Of a DNA stretch of 32,000 nt, positions 1 through 9,012 are shown one piece after another. The notes under the pieces are model-generated. The model saw nothing but the letters and a program-made list of their open reading frames with translations. It was not told the origin of the DNA and searched no databases. The stretch comes from an uncultured archaeon (GTDB lineage Archaea > Asgardarchaeota > Jordiarchaeia > Jordiarchaeales > Jordiarchaeaceae): NCBI GenBank assembly GCA_964510585.1, contig CAZECW010000193.1:1-32000 (forward strand), given 5' to 3'. Each line of letters starts with the position of its first letter. Position 1 is the stretch's first letter. Made by a program: the position numbers and the translations under genes.

Positions 1-140
1 CCCCCATGAGGGTGCCAACATAGACGCCGTTCCCTTTGAGGGAAGGGCGTGTTAACTGGGTGATGGCACACCCATTGCTTCGAAGGCTCCCGATGAGCCA
101 GAAGCAAGAATCTCCCGACTTTAGTCGCGGAGAGTGTCAA
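1..140 (+). mobile_element. Right end of an IS200/IS605-family element (tnpB-type); the element continues beyond the left window edge
   Basis: Ends AGAATCTCCCGACTTTAGTCGCGGAGAGTGTCAA: GAAT guide tetranucleotide (108-111) at the foot of a subterminal hairpin (111-133, loop TTTA, bulged C128), then TCAA (137-140). Closely resembles the ISDra2 right end as I recall it (AGAATCACGCGACTTTAGTCGTGTGAGGTTCAA). Malic-enzyme homology breaks at this point. Confidence 0.9.
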
Positions 141-160
141 AACTCCAGCAACAGATAGTC
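1..160 (+). ncRNA. Predicted omegaRNA/reRNA (TnpB guide RNA) scaffold plus flank-derived guide
   Basis: Consecutive stems: 24-50 (ACGCC-G-TTCCCT/AGGGAA-G-GGCGT), 58-73 (GGGTG/CACCC), 75-107 (TTGCTTC/GAAGCAA enclosing GGCTC/GAGCC), 111-133 terminal hairpin. The guide would be the ~16-20 nt after TCAA (AACTCCAGCAACAGATAGTC). The 5' end is probably outside the window. Confidence 0.7.
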
Positions 161-947
161 CAATAAAAACGTCTGCGTCTTTGATTATGTCTGAGAGTTT
201 TCCTTCCCTTCTCTCAATGTTGGTGAAATGTGCCACTTCCTCTTTGTAGGGATTCATGTTATAGGGTCTGCCTTCATAGATTGCCCCCTTGCTGTCACAT
301 ACTGTAAGGTTTTTTACTCCCGCCTTTACCAGAAATTTTGAAACTGCAAGACCTGCTGCTCCTGCTCCATTAATCACCACTCGAACCTCCCCCAATTTTT
401 TGTCCACCACCTTTAATGCGTTTATTAGACCTGCCAAAACCACAACTGCGGTTCCATGCTGGTCATCGTGAAAAACAGGTATATCCAACTCCTTTTTCAA
501 CTGAGCTTCAATCTCGAAGCAGGACGGCGCTCCTATATCCTCCAGATTTATTCCTCCAAAAATGGGAGCTATACGTTTGACTGTTTCCACAACCTCCTCT
601 GGCTTGTTTGTTGATAAACAAATGGGGAAGGCATCTACACCCGCCAACATCTTAAAAAGAATGGCTTTTCCCTCCATGACCGGCACCGCCGCATAGGCTC
701 CAACGTTTCCCAAACCCAACACTGATGAACCATCGGACACAACCGCAACAAGGTTTCCCTTAACAGTGTAATCATAAATCTTGGATGCATCCCTACTTAT
801 TATCTTAGAGGGCTCAGCTACTCCAGGAGTGTAAGCGAGAGCGAGCTCATGCAAGTTTCTTACCGGTGTCTTTGCAACCACCTCCAGTTTACCATTACCA
901 GGAGGATTATTCCTATGATAGTTTAGTGCCTCATCTTTTAGAGACAT
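141..947 (-). pseudogene. maeA: NAD(P)-dependent malic enzyme, N-terminal 269 codons, interrupted by the IS200/IS605 element
   Basis: Own translation from ATG 947 (RBS GGAGGT): MSLKDEALNYHRNNPPGNGKLEVVAKTPV...LAYTPGVAEP...VVSDGSSVLGLGNVG...VMEGKAILFK...GINLEDI...PVFHDDQHGTAVV...INGAGAAG...DADVFIGLSVAGV, then non-homologous IS sequence. Not in the ORF track because the frame has no stop before the window edge. Confidence 0.92.
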
Positions 948-1041
948 AAAATTACCTCCAAAACAACAATTAAAAAGAATACATATTTGGCTATCGGAAT
1001 GAGAAACCGGTCAGAGGGCTGAGGCGAAAAATTCACAACTT

Positions 1042-2079
1042 TTAACCTATGCCCTTTTCACCAACTATGCTGTATAGGGTTTCCAGGTCACTATTGGTCT
1101 TTGCAAAAACGCCAATATTGCCCAGTTTTACCTCCTTTAAGCCAAGAGCCTTAACCATAGAGTAACTCTCCACCATTTCCATTAGCGTGGGAGGGCGGAC
1201 ATCAAGCATTTTATACTGGGGAAAGAATGCCAAGATTATGAAGGGTATTTTGGGATCAGCGTCTTTTACTATTTCAGCAATCTTAACTATTTGGTCCTTC
1301 TCCACCCATCCCGGAATATATAAGGTTAAAACCTCAATCACAAAACCTCTAGCAATTAATTCTTGAGGAAGTTTGAGAATCCACTCATTGGTGGTTCCGC
1401 AGAGCCTACGGTAAACCTTCTCGTCATAGGCCTTTATATCCAGCCAGAAAGAATCCACACCAGCATCCCTAAGCAAGTCCATATTTTTAGGCGTCAAGCC
1501 ATAACCATTAGTTTCAATGAGGACAAAGATGTTTTCACACTTCTCCTTTATTTTCCGAGTTGCCTCAGCATAGAACTCCGCACAACACACCACATCTCCT
1601 CCCGTGAAGGCCACAATGTTTCTTGCAGGTCCCCATCCCTGAGGACTCAGCACTACCTGCTCTGGGCTGAGTTTACCGGGACAGTGCCTGCTTCTCCTGC
1701 CTTCAAGAACGCAGGAACCACAGTGGCGACAAAAATCCGTGGCCGTTGACATAAGGGCTCTTTCTCTAGGCTCTACAAGGGTTACGGTTTTTTCATACTC
1801 CGCGCACATTTCCGCTATCTCATCGGTGGACATCCAGTGTCCTGAAAAAATTTGGCTAAACTCCCAAGAGTGGCATTTGAGGCAGGCGTGATTGCAGCCA
1901 CTCTGATATATGGAGAAATAATCTTCAGGCCGTGAAAGGTGCGCGGATTTAATCACCCTACTCCACACACCTCCTGACTGCCTAAGAGTTGCCTTACAGG
2001 CAGGTTTCACACCCTCCTGAGTCTGGGTCAAACATTTACCCCTAGGAAACCCCTGATCCACCATTCTGCAAGACGACAA
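1042..2079 (-). CDS. Radical SAM protein (PflA/COG1180-like) with additional Cys-rich segments
   Basis: CxxxCxxC motif CNHACLKC; PflA-like GGD, IETNG, LDIKA and TLYIPG motifs. Probable start TTG 2079 after GGGGTGA (the ORF track extends to 2163). Confidence 0.88.
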   Translation of the reverse strand: MSSCRMVDQGFPRGKCLTQTQEGVKPACKATLRQSGGVWSRVIKSAHLSRPEDYFSIYQSGCNHACLKCHSWEFSQIFSGHWMSTDEIAEMCAEYEKTVTLVEPRERALMSTATDFCRHCGSCVLEGRRSRHCPGKLSPEQVVLSPQGWGPARNIVAFTGGDVVCCAEFYAEATRKIKEKCENIFVLIETNGYGLTPKNMDLLRDAGVDSFWLDIKAYDEKVYRRLCGTTNEWILKLPQELIARGFVIEVLTLYIPGWVEKDQIVKIAEIVKDADPKIPFIILAFFPQYKMLDVRPPTLMEMVESYSMVKALGLKEVKLGNIGVFAKTNSDLETLYSIVGEKGIG

Positions 2080-2567
2080 ATCATCACCCCAAGTAAGAAT
2101 GTACACGTGGTGGCCAAGTAAAAAGGTGTACCTGAATATTTTAGTATTTATCTTTTGCTCCAAATTTTTGCCGTCACAATCTTCCCAAATGTTTCTCGAG
2201 TCACTGGAAGCTTTTGTCTTATTTGTACTTAAAGCCCAAAACTACTTTTTTCATAAGAAACGTAGAATGTTTTTGTTTGAACTAAATTGTCTTTAATTAT
2301 TTTTGTAATATGCTAGTTTACTTGGTTAATATCGTGGCGCCCACAATTTTTTATCTCAATTTTTCTATAAACCTTTGTTGGAGTAAATCTGCACTTACTG
2401 CAACTTTTTATTTAGCTGATTTTCAAAAAAAGCTAAAATATTTATCTAGTTTCTGCTTTTTTTTCAGAATTCTTATATAATTTTTTGCATTTTTTTCAAG
2501 GCAACACTAATAAAGCCTATCAGCGCCATAGATTTCAACTATGACAATTCGGCTTGGTGAGGTGTAT

Positions 2568-2789
2568 ATGTTTAGGAAAGTCTTAAGGAGGAAACGGTAC
2601 TGGCGGAGCAGAAACTCTGGAGAAGTGGTTTATTTAAACCATGATAAGGACAGCGGGGGAGTTTACGTGACCCTAAAAGAAGGGCAGGCCATTGTCAGAG
2701 TTGAGGACTTGGACATGATAAAAGTTTTCACAAGCGCAAAGAAGCTTGAGGACTTCTTAGACGAATTAAAACCGGAACTTTGGGATTAG
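2568..2789 (+). CDS. Small hypothetical protein (73 aa), weak DUF2283-like DxxxxxxYxxL segment
   Basis: ATG 2568 preceded by GGTGAGGTG RBS; basic N-terminus, acidic C-terminus; no confident family. Confidence 0.6.
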   Translation: MFRKVLRRKRYWRSRNSGEVVYLNHDKDSGGVYVTLKEGQAIVRVEDLDMIKVFTSAKKLEDFLDELKPELWD

Positions 2790-2990
2790 CTAAAACACCC
2801 TCTATCAGTAGACTTGGTAAAAATAGTGATGCTCACGTTCTCCCCCCACTCCTTTTCATGTAGCATATTTTAGAACCTGTAGTGGTTCCTAAGCTTGTCA
2901 ATTTTTTTCCACATAACTATTGCTTCAAATGATACATGTGTATTTCTGTTCGATATATTCGGGTAGCAGTGGGTTATAAATAGAAGCTGT

Positions 2991-3275
2991 TTGCAAGTAC
3001 TTGCCAAATATATGATTCTGGAGAGAGTTGGAGTGCCTGAAGTGTTTTGTCGTGTACTAAATAGAGTGGTGGATGGTGGCTACTGCGCGTTTATATGTGA
3101 GCTTCCTGAAACGGAAAAAAAGATTGTCTTCAATCCATTTAGGGGAATATTTACGGGTTGCAGATTCAGCGTTGAAGATTTAAGGAATCCATTAATACAA
3201 CTTAAAACTGAGAAATTTAACTATTTGAAACTTAATGACACAAAAAAGGAACTAGTAGAGAATCGAGCCGTCTAA
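2991..3275 (+). CDS. Small hypothetical Cys-containing protein
   Basis: ORF with VFCRVLNRVVDGGYCAFICE and a further Cys in GCRF; start uncertain (an internal ATG or GTG is likely). Confidence 0.5.
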   Translation: MQVLAKYMILERVGVPEVFCRVLNRVVDGGYCAFICELPETEKKIVFNPFRGIFTGCRFSVEDLRNPLIQLKTEKFNYLKLNDTKKELVENRAV

Positions 3276-3766
3276 CGTAAGCTTCCAAAAATTATGAGTT
3301 CCCATTTTGAAATAGAACCGGCAAACACCATTCTTGGAGAGCATAATTTCAACTTCTAAGTGTGGCGTCTAGGAATTTGTGATCAATACTGACAAAAGGT
3401 TCAGACTTAAGGTATCTCTTTTTAAAACCGGATAATAAAGTACTGTTATTCCTGATTGAAATTTTAACTGGTTGAAGCCTTTTGCTTTAAACTCAATCCG
3501 GATTGTTCATCTCAACCTATGGATGTAAGAAAGCCCTGCCATGATAATCAGTCTTCCATAGTTTGACAACCAATAACTTCTGAGAGTAATTATGTTGCAA
3601 GTTTTTGTTTCTGGTGATCTGTTTTTCCCATCTGAAAGATGTTTTGTTGAAATCAAATATTTGGGTGCTATTTTTCAGTGAGTTTTGTTTTTTGAGATAC
3701 ATGGGTTAAATTTATTAATTTTGAATCGGAAAAAAACAGAAATCTATCTTGTGGAGGTGAACATCT

Positions 3767-4165
3767 TTGGTTAAAGTTAATGACATTGCAAGACAAAATG
3801 TTGTCACCTGCAAAATAACTGATGATGTGCCCTACGTTGCCAAAAAGATGGTTGATGCAGAAGTTGGGTCTATTTTTGTGGAGGATGAAGAAGGGAGAAT
3901 AGTGGGGCTCATTACTGATGGTCAAATTTTCAGGCTTGTAGCGGATAGAGAGGATCCCACCAGGAAAACCGCCAAAGACATCATGGTTACACCGATCCAA
4001 AAAATAGATAAGAACGCATCATTAAAGGAGGCTTGGGAACTCTTCCAAAAAACGGGTTACAAGAGATTAGCGGTAACAGATAAAGGCAAAATTGTGGGAG
4101 TGTTAAGCCGAAAAATCGTGCAGAAATTCATGAAGTATTCACGAGCAAAAACACTCCTAGAATAG
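3767..4165 (+). CDS. Stand-alone CBS-pair domain protein
   Basis: GGAGGTG RBS; two CBS repeats (GSIFVEDEEGRIVGLITDGQI...AKDIMVTP; RLAVTDKGKIVGVLS). Confidence 0.92.
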   Translation: MVKVNDIARQNVVTCKITDDVPYVAKKMVDAEVGSIFVEDEEGRIVGLITDGQIFRLVADREDPTRKTAKDIMVTPIQKIDKNASLKEAWELFQKTGYKRLAVTDKGKIVGVLSRKIVQKFMKYSRAKTLLE

Positions 4166-4404
4166 AATGTACCTTTTTATCTAAGGCTCTCCAAAGTTTG
4201 AGCGCATTGTAAAATGACTTCACAGTTTCCTTAATCGGCTCCTTCTTGTACTTTTCCAATTAATGATGCCAAAAAAGCGGAGAATGGAAGCGTCTAACCC
4301 TTGGAGTAAATCTTCCCCGAACTTGGAATTGTGATATCCATATTAATGGGGATACGAAGGTCTGGATTTAAAAATCCGTCAGTATTTTTAAGATTTTTTA
4401 GTCC

Positions 4405-4854
4405 TCAGCTCGGTCTTTTGTTTGACACCATGACTGTTGCGTAGCCTTCAACTACAGTTTCGCCTCTCTGATTCTTTATTTGTATATTGAATTTGACCAC
4501 TCCTCCGTCATATTTCTGTACAGGTTTAGTCTCTGCCACTTCGAGTTCTGTATGGATTGTGTCGTTGATTTTTACTGGGGCTTTGAATTTATACTCAGCT
4601 TCCAAGAACGCAATTGCGGTTCCAGCTAGAAGCATACCAATGAATCCAGATTCCATAGATATTGTCAGCATTCCGTGTGCAATTCTTCCCTTGAAGGGCA
4701 TTTTTTGGGCAAACTCCTCATTTGTGTGAAGTGGGTTGAAATCTCCAGATAAGCCAGCGAAGAGTGATATGTGAGATTCGGTGACTGTGATTGAAGGCGA
4801 AACCAACTTGTCACCTACCTTAAATTCCGGAAAGGTTTTTCCTTTATAACTCAT
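4405..4854 (-). CDS. MaoC-family (R)-specific enoyl-CoA hydratase/dehydratase (hot-dog fold)
   Basis: Hydratase-2 motif FAGLSGDFNPLHTNEEFA...GRIAHGML; likely start ATG 4854 (ORF track 4884). Confidence 0.92.
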   Translation of the reverse strand: MSYKGKTFPEFKVGDKLVSPSITVTESHISLFAGLSGDFNPLHTNEEFAQKMPFKGRIAHGMLTISMESGFIGMLLAGTAIAFLEAEYKFKAPVKINDTIHTELEVAETKPVQKYDGGVVKFNIQIKNQRGETVVEGYATVMVSNKRPS

Positions 4855-5409
4855 AGCAACACACCGAACCCTAAAGGATTCCAAGTTTTACTTAAATCTT
4901 TCGGGAAAAAGTCTGCATAAAAACAGTTGCTGGATTGTGTAAGCTATCCTAATTTTGGTATATAATCTCAACTTAGTGGAGTTATCCATAATGTTCTAGT
5001 AACTTATTTGATCTATGTGTACTTCTTATATGTCCTCAAGGCTTGGGAGTGTGCAAATTGGGGGGAATGGGATGTTGGGAATATTTCTCATTCTTTGGTT
5101 AAAGGTGGCAAATTCTTCAACTGCTTCTCGTTTTAGGACTTGTTTAGGTGTAGAACTCCTATGTCTCATTGGGCCAATAAACTATGCTTCACTGAGTCTA
5201 TAGAAAAAAGGAATGCTTGTTATGTTGTGCGAAGATTCATCAGATAACCTTTATATTTAAACAAAGGATTCTGTTACTTGGAAAATGGATGTAACCTTTA
5301 AGAGTGGGTGAGGAGAAAAAACTTGCTGCGGGTTTGGGGGCGAGAAAAGTCATGGAGTAGAGCGTTTCACGTGTTTCAGTTTGGAATCTATTCCTCTAAG
5401 TAAGGAAGG

Positions 5410-6588
5410 TTGATGGTTATGGAAACTCTTAGAATAGCATTCTTCTGCTGGGAGTCCCTTTATTCTGTGAGAGTGGGAGGGCTGGCTATGGCAGCTACTA
5501 ATCTCGCTGAAAGTATTGGGAGGGAACATGAGGTTCACTACTTTACACCGGGTTTGAAAGATCAGAAGAAGACAACCGAAAAGCAGGGGGTTTTTTACCA
5601 TCGTTGCTGGCCCTCTGGGTCAAACATAGTTGATTACTGTAAAAATATGAGTCTAAAAATGGTGGAGGACTATTTAGCCGAAGAAAAGAATGGAGATTTT
5701 GACGTTCTCCACTTCCATGACTGGCATCCTACTGAAGCATTGCACCTCCTTCAGAATCGATCAACTGTCCTAACTTTTCATTCGACGGAATACGGTAGAA
5801 ATGGAAACAATTTTGGAGGCTGGTGGGAGTTTAAAGAAATTTCTGGTAAAGAATGGTACGCCGCTCTCATATGCAAAAAGATTACAACAATTTCTCAGGC
5901 TTTAAGGAAGGAGGCTATGTGGCTCTACAACATTCCAGATTGGAAGATTAAAGTCATCCCAAATGGAATAGAGCCTGAAAAATTTCACATGAATGTTGAT
6001 GCAGCTAAGGTGAAAAAAGATTACGGCGTAAACCCTCAAGAACCTCTGGTGTTCTACATGGGAAGGCTAGTTTACCAGAAAGGACCAGACTTACTTCTTC
6101 AAGCTGTTCCAAAAATTCTGGAACACCATAAAAACGCAAAATTCCTCTTTGCAGGAGATGGGGATATGCGTTCCTACCTAGAAGGCTTGTCAAATAACTT
6201 TGGAGGACGCGTAAGATTTTTGGGCTATCTCCCAGACATGGAATTCGTTAGGCTACTCAACTCAGTGGATTTAGTGACTATCCCCAGCAGAAACGAGCCC
6301 TTCGGTCTGGTCTTGCTGGAGGCATGGAGCGCCCAAAAAGGCGTTGTAGCAACGGAAGTTGGAGGGCTCTCAGAAAACATAGACAACTTTGTAGATGGAG
6401 TTAAAGTCTATGTGAATCCCGAATCCATTGCTTGGGGAGTAAACTATTGTCTAGACGACCTCGAAGCCACCAAAAATATGGGAAAAAAGGGGTGGGGGAA
6501 GCTTGGCAAATTCAGATGGGAAAACATTGCAAAAGAAATGGTGGAATACTATAAAAGTCAACCAGAAACCGTCACAAAAAATCAATAA
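5410..6588 (+). CDS. Glycosyltransferase family 4 (GT-B, retaining)
   Basis: N-terminal VGGL, HFHDWH, HSTEYGR, GRLVYQKG and E-x7-E motif EPFGLVLLE. Confidence 0.92.
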   Translation: MMVMETLRIAFFCWESLYSVRVGGLAMAATNLAESIGREHEVHYFTPGLKDQKKTTEKQGVFYHRCWPSGSNIVDYCKNMSLKMVEDYLAEEKNGDFDVLHFHDWHPTEALHLLQNRSTVLTFHSTEYGRNGNNFGGWWEFKEISGKEWYAALICKKITTISQALRKEAMWLYNIPDWKIKVIPNGIEPEKFHMNVDAAKVKKDYGVNPQEPLVFYMGRLVYQKGPDLLLQAVPKILEHHKNAKFLFAGDGDMRSYLEGLSNNFGGRVRFLGYLPDMEFVRLLNSVDLVTIPSRNEPFGLVLLEAWSAQKGVVATEVGGLSENIDNFVDGVKVYVNPESIAWGVNYCLDDLEATKNMGKKGWGKLGKFRWENIAKEMVEYYKSQPETVTKNQ

Positions 6589-6618
6589 AAGTGTAATTCT
6601 ACAATTTTTTCGAGTTCT

Positions 6619-7410
6619 CTAATGGAATTCTACGCCTCCATCAATGTTAATCGATTGGCCAGTCATATAGTCCGAATCAGTTGATGCCAGAAAAGCAGCA
6701 AGCGGAGCCACATCATCCGCGGTTCCCAACCTTCCCCTAAGAATTTCTGGAGCCTTAAAAGTCTTCATACTTTCCCTAACCACCTCTTCACTATTAAGAT
6801 AGATGCCTGTCACATGGAAACCGGGACAAATGGCATTCACAGTTATGTCGGGAGCCAACTCCTTCGCCAAAACTTGGGTTAAAGCTATCACTCCGAATTT
6901 GCTCACTGAGTAGGCACCTATGTGGGGAACCGCTGTTTTACCCGCTATGGAAGCAATGTTAATTATTTTTCCCCTCAGTTCCCCAAACTTTTTCTCCTGT
7001 TTCAGCATTCTTATGGCAGCAAATTTTGAGCAAAGCCAAGCACCCTTAACATTAGTATTCATAACGCGATCCCAATCTTCCTCGGTCTGCTCAATGAGAA
7101 TATAAGGGAGGCCACTTATGCCAGCGTTATTAACTAGAATGTCTAGTCTTCCCCACTCATCGTAAACTTTTTCAATCATTGCCTCCACTTCGGCTGATTT
7201 TCCCACATCGGCTCGGATAACCATAACTCTTCTCCCTAGTTTTTCTATCATCTTCGCAGTCTCATTTGCTCCTTCCAAATTTACGTCGTTAACAACAATG
7301 TCTGCTCCTTCCTTAGCATACCGCACACTAATTGCTCTGCCAATGCCAGAACCGCTCCCAGTAACTAGGGCTATCCTACCACCCAATCTCTGTTCCGAAA
7401 ACTCTTTCAA
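6619..7410 (-). CDS. SDR-family NAD(P)-dependent oxidoreductase (FabG-like)
   Basis: TGSGSGIG, NNAG, catalytic YSVSK, NAICPG, TGQSINIDGG; probable TTG start 7410 after GGAGGTG. Confidence 0.93.
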   Translation of the reverse strand: MKEFSEQRLGGRIALVTGSGSGIGRAISVRYAKEGADIVVNDVNLEGANETAKMIEKLGRRVMVIRADVGKSAEVEAMIEKVYDEWGRLDILVNNAGISGLPYILIEQTEEDWDRVMNTNVKGAWLCSKFAAIRMLKQEKKFGELRGKIINIASIAGKTAVPHIGAYSVSKFGVIALTQVLAKELAPDITVNAICPGFHVTGIYLNSEEVVRESMKTFKAPEILRGRLGTADDVAPLAAFLASTDSDYMTGQSINIDGGVEFH

Positions 7411-7864
7411 AAACACACCTCCACACATATTATGTTTATCAATAATTTTCCCTGTCTCCCCTTATAAATAACTAGGTTTGTAAATTAATAATTTATCTTA
7501 CGGGAATAGTTCCGATTTATTCCTCTTCCTTTTGGAAATAATGGGTAAAGGTAGAGCCTCTCCTCTAAATTTGATTTTGCAAAAATAAGTTCCCATTGAA
7601 TTAAGAGGTCCCCCATTCTTCCTTCACTCAAAAAGAGGGATAAACGATCTCATATATTTGAATACAGCTCTCAAAAGAGTGTTGACTTATTACTGGGCAT
7701 ACCCGGTTCTATTTCTGCTTTCTCTTCCGTTTACAGTTTTCTAAATTTTAAAAAGAACGGGTATTTCCAATTTTGGTTAAGCAGTCTTAAGTGGAGTCAA
7801 CCATATGGGGGTGCATTCTAGGTTTTAGATGCATAGCTTTTAGGAAAACATATTATTTCTTCTT

Positions 7865-8665
7865 CTATTTTTCAAAAATTTTTCTCACCTTATTTTTGCT
7901 TAGGGTTAAATAGTCCCGATCTATGGTGAAGACTTCTAGGGTTATGGTCTTATTGTATCCTTTTTTGGCCAGTTCTTCGAGGGGTGCTTTATAATTGGTT
8001 CTACCTGCACCTAATGGGAGATGGTCGTCTCTTTCTCCAAGGTTGTCGCTGACATGTATATGAGCCACTCGATTGTAGAGTTTGTTGATGAACTCTTGGG
8101 GTGGATCTGATCCGCGTAGGTAGGCGTGGGAAATGTCCAATATGAGGGATAGCTTGTCTGATGCAAGTTGGCTGAAAAGATCTTCAAACTCCTTAACCCT
8201 TGTGAAGTGGTCGGATGAGGGGAAGAATCCTGAGGGTAGGTTTTCAACGCCTAAAATCATATCATAGTCCTCTGCTTTTTTCAGAAGTTTATTCAGAGAT
8301 TGGACTGTGTTCTGATATGCTTTTTCTTTGGGTAGGAGGGGGAAGCGGAAGCCGGGATGCACAGTTAGAAGGCGTACTCCCAGCTCGTAGGCTGCATTTA
8401 TCGCCTTCATGGTTTCCTGAACAGAAGCCTCTCTCAGCCCATCGTAAAAATTGCAAATGTCCACAAATGTGGGGGTATGTGCAAGTCTTACAAGGCTGTA
8501 TGTTGAGAGTGTGTCCAGTAACTGCTTCTTCTTGGTTAATATTTGCTCTGGAGTTGAAAAGGGATACTCAAAAACTATTTCAAAGCCATCAAAACCATTT
8601 TCACCAGCAAATCTAATATCCTCCGCGATGTCTTTAAAGGGGCTGTTCATCATGCAAATTTTCAA
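7865..8665 (-). CDS. Sugar phosphate isomerase/epimerase family TIM-barrel protein (AP endonuclease 2/xylose isomerase-like)
   Basis: GFDGFE, TVHPG, GVENL, LDISH, HIHVSDN, DDHLPLGAG, TLEV metal-binding motifs; probable TTG start 8665 after GAGGTG. Confidence 0.88.
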   Translation of the reverse strand: MKICMMNSPFKDIAEDIRFAGENGFDGFEIVFEYPFSTPEQILTKKKQLLDTLSTYSLVRLAHTPTFVDICNFYDGLREASVQETMKAINAAYELGVRLLTVHPGFRFPLLPKEKAYQNTVQSLNKLLKKAEDYDMILGVENLPSGFFPSSDHFTRVKEFEDLFSQLASDKLSLILDISHAYLRGSDPPQEFINKLYNRVAHIHVSDNLGERDDHLPLGAGRTNYKAPLEELAKKGYNKTITLEVFTIDRDYLTLSKNKVRKIFEK

Positions 8666-9012
8666 GTAAAACACCTCTCCAATAATGAGGAGTAAGTTTC
8701 CTTAAATCCTTTCTTTTCCTTATCATTCTCTTCCAAATTTGTTTCGTTTACCCCAATATCTGCTCTCCCTATCCTTTATAGCAGATAAGTGATTCTTTAA
8801 ACCTCATTACTCCTGCTAAATTGGCTTTTTTACATCTATATTATCTCTAAAAAAAGACTCTTCGTAGAGCAGTTCTAATTTCTTGCTCTCGTAATCCAAA
8901 AATATTGCTGTTTCCTCTCATAAAAAATATAAATTTATTTTAGACAATTATAAAAAGAAGAGGGGAGAAATGCTACGAATTCTGATTTCTCCAGCCTTCA
9001 ATTTACCTTCTT

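Noticed and set aside
289-471. 60-aa + strand ORF in the track
   Set aside because: Antisense shadow of the malic enzyme gene.
3276-3766. Long intergenic region with palindrome CAATCCGGATTG (3494-3505), ATTGAAA-like words and a stop-interrupted minus-strand frame
   Set aside because: No regularly spaced repeats (not CRISPR), no recognisable protein, and a single 12-bp palindrome is weak evidence.
3668-4000. Minus-strand 110-aa ORF, and the many other short ORFs overlapping annotated genes
   Set aside because: Shadow or alternate-frame ORFs with no RBS, motif or family support.
7440-7860. Minus-strand protein-like segment VKEEWGDLLIQWELIFAKSNLEERLYLYPLFPKG
   Set aside because: No start or RBS and no family I can support; only BLASTx could rescue it. 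The same applies to fragments at 8700-8930, 20300-20600 and 24520-24900.
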